A stretch of DNA of 64,000 bases from an uncultured Gemmatimonadales bacterium (GCA_963730185.1 CAVSQW010000009.1:256001-320000); one strand, 5' to 3'. Numbered from the stretch's first letter, positions 1 to 9,605 are shown. Numbers and translations: made by a program. The notes: generated from the letters alone by a model not told the origin.

Positions 1-590
1 CCGACACCCAGGGCCCCGTCGGAGAGTCCCTCGCGGATCGCTCCGCCCAGCGCCTCGACCTGCGCCCCGCTCGCCGCCGCATTGGCGGCCGCCGGCATCG
101 GCCCCGCCTCCTTGGCCGCGGTCGGATTGGTCGGCCAGTGACCGACCTTGATGTGGTTGAATACCCAGAACCGGGCGGCGATGTGACTCACGGTCGCCCC
201 GAAATTGACCGGCGCCTTGCCGGCCATCGCCTCGTACCACGGCGCCACCGGATAAACCCCCACCTCGAGCTCGAGTGCCGTGGTCACGCCGTCCCGCGCC
301 ATGATCTCCATGTCGCTGGTCGTCTGGCCGTGGGCGTGGAGGTCGATGAAGCCCGGGGCCACCACGTTGCCCGCCACGTCCACCACCTGTTTGCCCCGGA
401 GCGGGTCAACCGAAATCGCCGCGATCTTCCCGCCGTTGATCCCGACGTTCCGAACCGAGTCGAGGCCCGAGGCGGGATCCATCACCCGGCCACCCTGGAG
501 CACCAGATCGTACTCCGGCGTCCGGGTGCAGCCGGCAAAACCCGCGAGCAGCATCAGAGCCAAACCGAGGCGAGAGCCGCGAGAAGGCAT
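1..590 (-). CDS. Amidohydrolase, D-aminoacylase-like, probable lipoprotein; 3' part runs off the window
   Basis: Not in ORF track. Manual translation from ATG 590: MPSRGSRLGLALMLLAGFAGC...YDLVLQGGRVMDPASGLD...VVAPGFIDLHAH...DGVTTALELE (lipobox, HxH metal motif, GVTT). Confidence 0.85.
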   Translation of the reverse strand, partial: MPSRGSRLGLALMLLAGFAGCTRTPEYDLVLQGGRVMDPASGLDSVRNVGINGGKIAAISVDPLRGKQVVDVAGNVVAPGFIDLHAHGQTTSDMEIMARDGVTTALELEVGVYPVAPWYEAMAGKAPVNFGATVSHIAARFWVFNHIKVGHWPTNPTAAKEAGPMPAAANAAASGAQVEALGGAIREGLSDGALGV

Positions 591-739
591 GGGAGACCTT
601 TCAGGATCGAATTAAAGGAAACCAGCGTACCCGTATTTCGTCTTCAATCATACGAAGTGACGCTGCGATCGGCCAGTCGACCTGGCGTACCTGGCGCCGA
701 TCTCGAACGGCATCGGCCCGGGCGTCCAATCGGTTGCCG

Positions 740-2113
740 CTAGCCTCCGGCCGGGTGCCGCTGGAGGATGGCGCGGACAGCGTCGCTCATCCGAAGCGCC
801 GGTTCGAGCGGGGGTGCGGTCGCGCCCGCCGCCAAGAGGGCCGCCACGGTGCCGGGATGGTCGCCCTCCTCCTTGTGCCACGCGTTGAGCGAGCCGTGGA
901 TCGCCCATCCGAGGGGCGTCCCTCCGAACTGCTGCTCGCGCACCTCGAGCGGCGCGCCGCGGCGGAGCAGGTCCTCGACCACGGCCAGGTCGCCGTGCCA
1001 GGCGGCCCAGTGGAGCGCCGTCTGGCCCTCGCCGCCCGAGGCCTCGACCGGCCAGCCTGCCTCGAGCAGGCGGTGCACGGCTCCGGGGTTCCGATTCTGG
1101 GCCGCGTCGGGCAACCGTCGTCGATCGGCCTCCGTCAGCGTCGCCGCCAGATTCGGGTGCCTGGCGCGGAGCCATCGCAGGGTCTCGTCGTCGCCGGCTT
1201 CGCAGGCGGTGGAGAGTTGGAGCGACGCGGGGCTGCGGTCGAGCAGCAGTCGGTAGGCGTCGAGGTGACCGCGTCGGTGGGCTGCCAGGTGCGGCGTGGT
1301 GTGCCAGCCCAGGGTCCAGATGTAGATCGATCCGCCGGCTCGCGGGTTACGGCGAGGGAACCATTCGTCGGACACGCTGATTCGGATGGCGTCGGGCTCC
1401 CGGTCGAGGAGGGCGCGCATCCGGCCCCCGTCGCCCAGGGCGGCCAGGAGCAGAAGGTCGGCCTGGCAGCCCCGCTCCACCAGATGCCGGGCGACGTCCG
1501 GGTGCTCCGACACGAGATACTGGGCCGGGGTCGACTCGTGGTCCACGTCGAGAGCGTCCAGGTCCGCGCCGTGTTCCAGCAACAGCTCGGCGATCTCCAC
1601 CGTGGCGGCGCGGTGCAGCGGCGTCTGGCCGTCTCCGCCCCGGGATCGGGCCAGCGCCGGCTCGGCCGCGAGCAGGGCCGCGAGCCGATCCGACCAGCCC
1701 AGTCGGGCCGCGGCGTGGGGAGTGAGGGTGGCACCCCGCTCGAGGAGATGCCGGGCGAGCTCCGGCGTGGCCTCGTCGAGCGCCGTGAAGCCGCCGGCCC
1801 ACCATTGGCTCCGGGCGTCGGGGTCGGCGCCGGCGTCCAGCAGCACGTCGACCAGGGCTCGGTCGTCTCGACTGACGGCCGTGTTGAGCGGCAGACTCCC
1901 GAAAGCGCCGCCCGGAATCGGCTGCCTGACCAGCCCCCGGAGGGATGCATGCCGGGTCAGGAGCTCACGCAGCCGAGGCGCGTCACCCTGATGAAAGGCG
2001 GCGATCACCTCCTCGAGCGCCGACGGGTCGCCCTGACGAAACTGGCGGAGCAGCTCCTTGGCCTGGGCCTTCAGATGGTCGAGATGGGGGCGAGACGGCA
2101 GGTCACGAGGCAC
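740..2113 (-). CDS. Ankyrin-repeat protein
   Basis: Repeated GQTPLHRAA / GQTALHWAAWHG / GGTPLGWA ankyrin motifs; N-terminal LPSRPHLDHLKAQAK; GTG start with SD GGGAGG. Confidence 0.9.
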   Translation of the reverse strand: MPRDLPSRPHLDHLKAQAKELLRQFRQGDPSALEEVIAAFHQGDAPRLRELLTRHASLRGLVRQPIPGGAFGSLPLNTAVSRDDRALVDVLLDAGADPDARSQWWAGGFTALDEATPELARHLLERGATLTPHAAARLGWSDRLAALLAAEPALARSRGGDGQTPLHRAATVEIAELLLEHGADLDALDVDHESTPAQYLVSEHPDVARHLVERGCQADLLLLAALGDGGRMRALLDREPDAIRISVSDEWFPRRNPRAGGSIYIWTLGWHTTPHLAAHRRGHLDAYRLLLDRSPASLQLSTACEAGDDETLRWLRARHPNLAATLTEADRRRLPDAAQNRNPGAVHRLLEAGWPVEASGGEGQTALHWAAWHGDLAVVEDLLRRGAPLEVREQQFGGTPLGWAIHGSLNAWHKEEGDHPGTVAALLAAGATAPPLEPALRMSDAVRAILQRHPAGG

Positions 2114-2241
2114 GATTCCTCCCTTGACGAGCCCGGTGTCCGCTGAGTCGGGCCCAAGAGAGGTTCACGCTCTGGGGCGATCGGGCACGGCACAGGAGGG
2201 ATCGTCCCTTTCCGCGGACTGGACGCAACCTGTCTTGCGCC
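2114..2241 (-). ncRNA. Candidate structured 5' leader RNA of the ankyrin gene (family not assigned)
   Basis: Three hairpins, two loop-mediated long-range pairings and an anti-SD segment; begins at the predicted TSS (see findings). Confidence 0.5.
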
Positions 2242-2246
2242 CCGGG

Positions 2247-2275
2247 AGTGTATCCGTGGCCGGGCGCCGAAGCAA
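2247..2275 (-). promoter_or_regulatory. Sigma70-like promoter of the ankyrin gene
   Basis: TTGCTT (2275-2270)-N17-TACACT (2252-2247) on the minus strand. Confidence 0.6.
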
Positions 2276-2378
2276 ACGCCTCCGGCCGTCCCTCTTCGCG
2301 CCGGCCAACGTCGCTCCGGTCGCCGGCGTGTATCCTTCCTGCCGGATCGATCCTCGGCGCCGGCGACGGAGAGTACGG

Positions 2379-3614
2379 ATGGCAGGCGAGCGGAGCGTGG
2401 TGGTGATTGGTGCGGGGGCGGCGGGCCTGATGGCGGCGATCTTCGCCGCGCGGGCCGGCGCCCGGGTTCGCCTGCTCGAGCGGACCCGCGACGGCGGTCG
2501 GAAGATCCTGATCAGCGGCGGTGGCCGATGCAACGTGCTTCCGGCCCGACTCGATGAGACGAGATTCGTCACCGACTCGTCGCCGCACACGCTCCGGAAG
2601 ATGCTTCGCTCGTGGCCACTCGCCGATCAGATTGCGTTCTTCCGGGCCGACCTCGGGATTCCGCTCGAGGAGGAGATCGAGTCGGGCAAGCTCTTTCCCG
2701 TCTCCAATCGGGCCCGGGACGTCCGGGACGGGCTGCTGGCGGGCGCCGTCGGGGCAGGAGTGGAGTTCCTGCCGGATACGATGGTGACCGACCTCGAGCC
2801 CGGGCCGGGTGGATGGCGGGTGCACCGCCGAGGCGCGGCTCCAATCGGTGGCGACGCGGTGGTCGTGGCGACCGGGGGGCTCTCGGTCCCGAACACGGGC
2901 AGCGACGGCGAGGGACTCGAGGTGCTTCGTCGTCTCGGGCACCATCTCCACCCGACCTACCCGGCGCTCACCCCGATCACCACCGCCGACCCGCGCCTCC
3001 TCGCCCTCGCCGGGATCTCGTTGCCGGTGAGTCTCGCCGCCGAGGACGGTCGCCGCCGGGCGAGCGCGAGCGGGGGATTTCTCTTCACCCATCGGGGGTA
3101 CAGCGGGCCCGCCGTGCTGGACGTGTCGCACGTGCTCGTCCGAGCCCGCCTCGAGGGGCGCCTCGACGCTCGACTCCGGGTTCGGTGGGGCGCCCTGGAT
3201 CCACGGACGTGGCGCGAGGCCCTGGAGCCGACCGGCCGCGGGACGGTCGGGCCGGTGGTTCGGAGCCGGCTTCCCGACCGGCTCGCCGCGGTCCTGCTGG
3301 GGCTGGCCGAGATCGACCCCGGCCGCCAACTGGCTCAGCTCACCCGGGACCAGCGCCGCGGCCTGCTCGCGGTATTGACCGAGGCCGACCTTCCCTGGAC
3401 CGGTGACGAGGGCTATCGGAAGGCGGAGGTGACGGGGGGCGGCGTGAGCCTGACCGAGGTCGATCCGCGGACCTTGGAGAGCCGGCGGTGTCCGGGCCTC
3501 TTCCTCGCGGGCGAGGTGCTGGACGCCTTCGGTCCGATCGGGGGTTACAACTTTGCCTGGGCGTGGGCCACCGGTCGCGCCGCGGGTCAGGGCAGCGCGC
3601 GACCCAGTCCCTGA
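2379..3614 (+). CDS. HI0933/BaiN-family NAD(P)/FAD-dependent oxidoreductase
   Basis: VVIGAGAAG, GRKILISGGGRCN, ATGG, LFTHRGYSGP, AEVTGGGV, GEVLDAFGPIGGYN; start trimmed to ATG 2379 after GGAG. Confidence 0.92.
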   Translation: MAGERSVVVIGAGAAGLMAAIFAARAGARVRLLERTRDGGRKILISGGGRCNVLPARLDETRFVTDSSPHTLRKMLRSWPLADQIAFFRADLGIPLEEEIESGKLFPVSNRARDVRDGLLAGAVGAGVEFLPDTMVTDLEPGPGGWRVHRRGAAPIGGDAVVVATGGLSVPNTGSDGEGLEVLRRLGHHLHPTYPALTPITTADPRLLALAGISLPVSLAAEDGRRRASASGGFLFTHRGYSGPAVLDVSHVLVRARLEGRLDARLRVRWGALDPRTWREALEPTGRGTVGPVVRSRLPDRLAAVLLGLAEIDPGRQLAQLTRDQRRGLLAVLTEADLPWTGDEGYRKAEVTGGGVSLTEVDPRTLESRRCPGLFLAGEVLDAFGPIGGYNFAWAWATGRAAGQGSARPSP

Positions 3615-3750
3615 GGCGGGCCCGTCGCGGCCTGGCCGCCGAGGTGAAGCGACCGGTGGAGGTCGGCCGTCGTCGCCGAGATTTCGCCCGCCCTGGCGGA
3701 CGCCGGCGACGTCCGGCAGAACGCCGGCCGGACCGCGCCCGTTCCGGCGC

Positions 3751-6492
3751 TCAGGGCTGGGTCGAGCCGGACCCCAGCCGTTCCAGGACGGCACCGAGCT
3801 GGCGGATCTCGTCGCCGTAGCGAGCCCAATCGCCCGCCCGCTGAGCGGCCAGGGCGGCGTCGTAGTGCCGGCGGGCCTCCGCGGCCAGGGCCCGGAGCGT
3901 GGCGCTCGCGGGGGCGGCCTCCGATCCGGCGGCAGCTGCCGCCGGCTGGCCCGGTGCGGCCGTGGCCACCTGGCTCCGCGGGCCGGCTTCGCCCCCGAAC
4001 AGCTCGGCCAGGGCCCCGTCCAGGGTCTCCTGCATCACCACCTGATTCTGGTAGGCGACGACGACCCGCTTGAGCTCGGGAATCCGGCCCCCTTCGGCCT
4101 GGAGGTAGAGCGGCTGGACGTAGAGCAGCGCCTTCTCGATCGGGATCACCAGGAGATCGCCACGGATGACTTGCGACCCGCGCTGGTCCCAGAGGGAAAC
4201 CTGCCGCGAGATCTCGGTGTCCTGGTTGATCCGGTTCTCGATCTGCCGGGGGCCGTACACCAGGCTCTGCCGGGGGAAGCGGTAGACCCGGAGCTTACCG
4301 TAGGCATCGCCGTCGTTTCGGGCGACCATCCAGGCCGCCATGTTGTCCTTCCCACGCGGCGTGAACGGCACCATGTAGATGAACTCGGCCTTCGGCTCGT
4401 CGGGAAGCCGCATCACGATGTGCCGCATGAATGGCACCGAGGCGTCGCTCTCGTCGATCACCGGGATCTGCCACTGGTCCTCCCGGTGATAGAACGCGTC
4501 CGGGGCGTCCATGTGGTAGGTGGTGTAGAGCGCGGCCTGGGTCCGGTAGAGGTCGTCCGGGTAGCGGAGATGGGCCCGCAGGTCCGCCGGCATCTGGTCC
4601 AAGGGCTGGAAGATCCCCGGGAAGATCTTCGACCAGGTCTCGATGATCGGGTCGTGGGGGGCGGCCACGTACGAGGTGATCGACCCGTCATAGGCGTCGA
4701 TCACGACCTTCACGCTGTTCCGCATGTAGGAGGTGCCGTCGGGGAGCCGGAATGCGTACGGGTAGCGCGAGGTGCGGGTGTACCCGTCGATGATCCACTT
4801 GAGCGTGCCGTCGTCCGCCAGCACCATGTAGGGGTCGCGATCGAACTGGAGGAAGGGCAGCGCCTTCTTGACCCGATCGGTGATGTGCCGGTAATAGAGC
4901 ACCCGGCTCTCGTTGGTGATGTCCTGCGAGAAGAGGATCTTGGACGAGCCGAAGTCGTAGGCGAACAGGAGCCGGCGAAGCAGGTTGCCGACCTTCACGC
5001 CCCCGGTACCGCTGTACGAGGTGAAGACGTTGTCCTCGCCCGAGGGGTGGTCGAACTCCCGCTGCTTGGTGTTGACGAACACGTAGTCGTTGCCCAACTC
5101 GCCATAGTAAATCTGAGGCCGGGTAACCTTGAGCGAGACCGTCGAGACCGGGGGCAGGTCCTTCACGAACAGCACCGGGAGACCTTCGGTGGTCACCTGG
5201 TTGACCGGGCTCAGCGTAAGGCCCATGCCGTGGGTGAAGGTCAGGTGCTCGTTGATGAAGGTCCGGGTCGGAAGCGACGCCGGGTTGAGCTCCCGGGGTG
5301 AGAGGAGTACCTGCCGGTACTTGCCGTCGATCCAGTACCGATCGTCGTCGACGTTGACGAAGTCGTAGTACGTCCGGATCTCCTGGAGCTGACCGAAGGT
5401 CTTCAGCAACGGGTCGCGGTCCCAGAGTCGGACGTTCTCGATCGTGGGCGCGTTGTTCCGGATGTCGGCGAGGGTGAGGCTCGCTTCGCCGTTCAGGTCA
5501 CGCACCTCGACGCTGTCGAGACCCCAGGCGTGACGGGTCGCCGCGATGTGATTGGCGAGATAGGGCGCCTCCCGGGTGAGCTCGGTCGGCGCGACGAGGA
5601 ACTTCTGCATCAGGCCGGGCAGCAGGCCGCGCCCGACGATCGCCACGGCCAGGTAGGCGCCCACCGACCAGAGCGCGTACCACGCCAGCCGCTGCCGCAA
5701 GGCGCCGACGATGACCGCCACCGCGGCCAGCACCGCCAGCGCGGCCGATACCCGGAGCGCCGGCAGCGTGGCGTGTAGATCGGTGTAGCTCGCGCCGATC
5801 AACGGTCCGGTGTCGGAGTAGAGCAGACTCGGAATGTCCACCAGCCACAGGCGGATCGCCGTGAGCACCAACATCGTGGCCAGCAGAATGGAGAGGTGCC
5901 CCCCGGCCGACGGCTCGACGCGAAGCTGGCGGCCCCGGACCACGATGTCGCCCCTCAGCACATAGAGCGGCACCAGGATCAGCAGGCTGATCACCACCAG
6001 GCTCGAGAGAAAGCCCAGCAGCGCGGCGATCCCGGGCAGGCTGAAGACGTAGTACCCCACGTCGCGACCGAACACCGGGTCGGCCACCCCGAAGGGCGTG
6101 CCGTTGAGGGCCCGGAGCACCAGTTCCCAGCTGGACGAGGCGCCCAGACCGAAGAGCAGACCGAACACGATCGCCACCGGAAACGAGAGCTTCCGGAGAA
6201 TCTGGGTCACGTCCAGGCCCGGCGACGTCCGGGCCAGCCGCAGGACGATTGGGTCCGGGACCAGGCCGCGCTGGGCGAGCGCCAGGTTGAGGTAGAGCAC
6301 CAGCGCCGTGAGGCCGCCGGCCCCGAGAAAGACGAAGAACCGGGTCGAGATCTCCTTGGTGTACACGATCTGGTAGCCGATGTCCCGGAAGAACCAGAGA
6401 TCGACCAGAAAACTGACCGATCCCGGGATCAACAGGAAGAAGAGCACCAGGAAGGCGATCACAACGAGCGGAAAGATGCGACGTCGGGCCAC
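3751..6492 (-). CDS. UPF0182 family membrane protein
   Basis: N-terminal TM bundle, DPVFGRDVGYYVF, NVRLWD, QLQEIRTYYDF, DDDRY, YMRNSVK, IPELKRV; 913 aa. Confidence 0.92.
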   Translation of the reverse strand: MARRRIFPLVVIAFLVLFFLLIPGSVSFLVDLWFFRDIGYQIVYTKEISTRFFVFLGAGGLTALVLYLNLALAQRGLVPDPIVLRLARTSPGLDVTQILRKLSFPVAIVFGLLFGLGASSSWELVLRALNGTPFGVADPVFGRDVGYYVFSLPGIAALLGFLSSLVVISLLILVPLYVLRGDIVVRGRQLRVEPSAGGHLSILLATMLVLTAIRLWLVDIPSLLYSDTGPLIGASYTDLHATLPALRVSAALAVLAAVAVIVGALRQRLAWYALWSVGAYLAVAIVGRGLLPGLMQKFLVAPTELTREAPYLANHIAATRHAWGLDSVEVRDLNGEASLTLADIRNNAPTIENVRLWDRDPLLKTFGQLQEIRTYYDFVNVDDDRYWIDGKYRQVLLSPRELNPASLPTRTFINEHLTFTHGMGLTLSPVNQVTTEGLPVLFVKDLPPVSTVSLKVTRPQIYYGELGNDYVFVNTKQREFDHPSGEDNVFTSYSGTGGVKVGNLLRRLLFAYDFGSSKILFSQDITNESRVLYYRHITDRVKKALPFLQFDRDPYMVLADDGTLKWIIDGYTRTSRYPYAFRLPDGTSYMRNSVKVVIDAYDGSITSYVAAPHDPIIETWSKIFPGIFQPLDQMPADLRAHLRYPDDLYRTQAALYTTYHMDAPDAFYHREDQWQIPVIDESDASVPFMRHIVMRLPDEPKAEFIYMVPFTPRGKDNMAAWMVARNDGDAYGKLRVYRFPRQSLVYGPRQIENRINQDTEISRQVSLWDQRGSQVIRGDLLVIPIEKALLYVQPLYLQAEGGRIPELKRVVVAYQNQVVMQETLDGALAELFGGEAGPRSQVATAAPGQPAAAAAGSEAAPASATLRALAAEARRHYDAALAAQRAGDWARYGDEIRQLGAVLERLGSGSTQP

Positions 6493-6632
6493 TGGGCTGC
6501 ACCTCGGCGGATGGTCGGAACGGGGCTAACCCTCTCAACCTAGCCGATTTGCCGCTCCGGTGCCCGGTGACGAGTGCCCCAGGGTCCGGGCCCACCCCCA
6601 GTGCGCCGGCAAGGCCTGGTCCGCCCCGCCGG

Positions 6633-9071
6633 CTACTCGTGGCGGAGGGCGACCACGGGGCTGACCGCGGCGGCCCGCCGGGCCGGGAGCCAGATCGCAA
6701 CCAGCGCAACGGCCCCGAGCACCAGGGGCACCACGACGAAGGTGATGGGGTCGAGTCCGCTCCCGTAGAGAATGCCCTGAAGGAGCCGCGCCCCGGCGAG
6801 GGCGCCACCCAGACCGATCAGCACGCCGATACCGACCAGCCGGAGGCCCTCACCGATCAGCATCCCGACCACGTTGCCATGATCCGCACCGACCGCCACC
6901 CGGATCCCGATTTCGCGCTGCCGCTGCGCCACCGAGCGCGACATGACGCCGTAGATCCCGACCGACGCCAACCCGAGCCCCAAGAGACCGAAGATGCCGA
7001 GCACGATGCCCGCCAGCCGAGCCGGGAGGAGCGCCACGCCGAGATGGGCGTTCATGGTCCGGAGGTTGGCGAGGGGAAGGTTCGGGTCGAGCGCCTTCAC
7101 CTCGCGGCGAAGGATCGGGGCGAGCGTCGTCGGGTCATCGCTCGTCCGGATCATGATGTTCATGCCCGACGACCAGTGCTGTGCCTGGGCCAGGTACATG
7201 TAGGGGAGGGGATCCTCGCCCAACCGCTGGTACTTGCCGGTCGGCACCAGGCCGATCACGGCGTGCTCCTGGTCGCCGACGCGCACCGTCCGCCCGATCG
7301 GGTCCTGCCCCGGCCAGAACCGCTCCGCGAACCGCGCGTTCACCACCACCGTCGGCGCGGCGGCGCTGTCGTCCTGGGCCGCGAAGCCTCGGCCCTTGAG
7401 CAGCGGCGTGCCGATCGCGTCGAAATACCCCGGGGAGACGATGGAGTAGTCGATCGACATGTTCTCGTTCGGTCCGGGAGTGTACCCCGGAATCTCCACC
7501 CCGCGGTCGCTGGACCCGAACCCGAGGGGCACCTCGTCGGAAAAGCCCACCGACCGCACGGTTGGAACGGCGGTGAGCCGCGCTCTCAACTGCCGGTAGA
7601 AATCCTCAGTGCGGGCCCTGCCGTAGCCCTGTAGCCCGGGATCCACGTCGGCCAGGAGGAGATTGTCGCTGACGAAGCCCTTGTCCACCTGGGTGGCCGC
7701 GTCGAGGTTCCGGAGAAAGAGGCCCGCGCACACCAGCAGCACGATCGAGAGCGCCATCTGGGCCACCACCAGCCCACGGCGCATTCGCGAGCGGGACCCG
7801 CCCGGCGGCGCTTCGCCCTTGAGGGCCGGAACCAGCGCCGGCCGGGTGGCCTGAAGCGCCGGCGCCAACCCGAACATGACGCCGGTCACCAACGAGACCC
7901 CCAGGGTGAAGAGCAGCACCTTGGGGCTCACCTGGAGGTTCGGCGTGAGGTTGAAATCGCCGGGCACTGACACCCGGTTGGCCAGGCCGATCGCCCACCA
8001 CGCCACCAGGAGCCCGGCGGCGCCCGACACCGCCGCGAGGAGCAAGCTCTCCGTCAGGAGCTGGCGCACCAGCACGCCCCGGCGGGCGCCGAGGCTCAGC
8101 CGGACGGCCATCTCGCGGCTCCGCTCCCGGGCGCGGGCCAGCATCAGGTTGGCCACGTTGACGCAGGCGATCAGGAGAAGCATCGCCACCACTGCCATGA
8201 TCACCGCGCTCAACCCAACCTCCGCACTCCGGAACATCGGGTGGATGCCGGCGTCGGACTGGAGCACGAGATTGATCCCGCTCTGACGGTAGTCGTCGGG
8301 ATACTCGCTCCGGAGCTCGGTGGTCAGCGCATCCATCCGTTGCCGGGCCACCGCGATGCCGACCCCATCCTTGAGACGGGCGAGCACGCTCATGAAGTTG
8401 TTGCCCCGAGCCTGGAAGCGATCGTAGCCGGAGGGCTCCAACAGATTGACTTGCGCCATCGGCGCCCAGAGGAGCGGCGACAGCACCGGGATGGCGCCGC
8501 GGAAGTCCTTCGGCGTGACCCCGATGACCTGGTAGGTCTGGCCGTCCAGGATCAGCGACTTGCCCACCACGTCCGGGACGCCGCCGAAGAGGGTCTGCCA
8601 CCCCGTGTGGCTCAGCACCACCACCGGGTGCGCTCCCTCTCCCACCCCCTCGTCCGGACCGAACGTCCGGCCCAGCGCCGCGTCGACCCCCAGCACCGAG
8701 AAGTAGTTCGCCGAGGCGATCTGGCCCATGATCCGGCGCGGCTCCCCGGCGACCGACAGGTTCATCGACGCAAAGCTCCACGCGGCCACGCCGGAAAATG
8801 CCGAGCCGGTCCGGTCCCGGACGTCCCGGTAGTGGGGAATCGAGTTGGAGCCATAGACCTGGTCGCCGGGCCAGGTGCGGTACACCTGGACCAGCTGGCC
8901 CGCCTGCCGAACCCCCGGCAGCGGGCGGAGCAGCAACCCGTCGATGGCCGAGAAGACCGCCGTATTGAGACCTATCCCGAGGGCCAGGGTCACCACCACC
9001 ACGGCCGTGAAGGACGGGTTTTTGATCAGCAACCGAAGGGCGTAGCGAAGATCCTGCGCGACATTGGACAT
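6633..9071 (-). CDS. Duplicated MacB/FtsX-type ABC permease (ADOP family)
   Basis: QDLRYALRLL, TLALGIGLNTAVFS, LLIACVNVANL, REMAVRLSLGA, REIGIRVAVGA, PARRAA; 812 aa. Confidence 0.93.
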   Translation of the reverse strand: MSNVAQDLRYALRLLIKNPSFTAVVVVTLALGIGLNTAVFSAIDGLLLRPLPGVRQAGQLVQVYRTWPGDQVYGSNSIPHYRDVRDRTGSAFSGVAAWSFASMNLSVAGEPRRIMGQIASANYFSVLGVDAALGRTFGPDEGVGEGAHPVVVLSHTGWQTLFGGVPDVVGKSLILDGQTYQVIGVTPKDFRGAIPVLSPLLWAPMAQVNLLEPSGYDRFQARGNNFMSVLARLKDGVGIAVARQRMDALTTELRSEYPDDYRQSGINLVLQSDAGIHPMFRSAEVGLSAVIMAVVAMLLLIACVNVANLMLARARERSREMAVRLSLGARRGVLVRQLLTESLLLAAVSGAAGLLVAWWAIGLANRVSVPGDFNLTPNLQVSPKVLLFTLGVSLVTGVMFGLAPALQATRPALVPALKGEAPPGGSRSRMRRGLVVAQMALSIVLLVCAGLFLRNLDAATQVDKGFVSDNLLLADVDPGLQGYGRARTEDFYRQLRARLTAVPTVRSVGFSDEVPLGFGSSDRGVEIPGYTPGPNENMSIDYSIVSPGYFDAIGTPLLKGRGFAAQDDSAAAPTVVVNARFAERFWPGQDPIGRTVRVGDQEHAVIGLVPTGKYQRLGEDPLPYMYLAQAQHWSSGMNIMIRTSDDPTTLAPILRREVKALDPNLPLANLRTMNAHLGVALLPARLAGIVLGIFGLLGLGLASVGIYGVMSRSVAQRQREIGIRVAVGADHGNVVGMLIGEGLRLVGIGVLIGLGGALAGARLLQGILYGSGLDPITFVVVPLVLGAVALVAIWLPARRAAAVSPVVALRHE

Positions 9072-9105
9072 CGATCACGTCCGACGCAAATGGAGAGGCC
9101 TCCTG

Positions 9106-9132
9106 TACGTCGACCGCCGGGTGGTGGTTTCA
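9106..9132 (-). promoter_or_regulatory. ECF sigma-type promoter upstream of the ADOP permease
   Basis: TGAAAC (9132-9127)-N17-CGTA (9109-9106); a second AAC-N17-CGTA at 9166-9143. Confidence 0.55.
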
Positions 9133-9233
9133 GAGGTGAACGTACGCTGCCCGTGGTGCCCGCGTTGCTCGGCCGCTTTGCTTGGGGTATCGTCCGCGCG
9201 TGCTGCCCGTTCCGTCTCGCGCCTGAGCTACCG

Positions 9234-9605
9234 GTGTCCGAACCCCACGCATCGCTTCGCATCACCCGCATCGTTCTCCCCGTTCACCTCGGTTGGGAAT
9301 CCGAAGAGCGGTCCGCGACCCAGCCCGTGGAGGTGGAGCTGGAGCTCCGCTTCGAACGGCCGCCCCGGGCGTGCGCGACCGACGACCTCCAGGACGCGGT
9401 CGACTACGGCGAATTGGTCCAACGGCTCTCGGGCCTGGCCCGGGCCCGGGCGTACCGCCTGATCGAACACCTGGGCCGCTCGCTGTTTGACGCCACCCGC
9501 GAGGCGCTTCCCGACCGGTGTCGCCTCGCCCTCACCGTCTCCAAGTGGCCGCCGCTCGAGGAAGTCGAGGGTGTCGCCGCGTTCCGGCTGGCTGAATGGG
9601 AATGA
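9234..9605 (+). CDS. folB: Dihydroneopterin aldolase
   Basis: C-terminal part of ORF 8241..9605: HLGWESEERSATQPV, DDLQDAVDYGEL, RLIEHL, VSK; directly upstream of folK-folP; GTG start approximate. Confidence 0.85.
   Translation: MSEPHASLRITRIVLPVHLGWESEERSATQPVEVELELRFERPPRACATDDLQDAVDYGELVQRLSGLARARAYRLIEHLGRSLFDATREALPDRCRLALTVSKWPPLEEVEGVAAFRLAEWE

Noticed and set aside
2058..2378. N-terminal extension of the HI0933 ORF, and similar extensions on 8241, 13893, 14591, 14682, 18723, 29321, 46076, 53825 and 60957
   Set aside because: Family similarity, signal peptides or SD motifs begin at downstream starts
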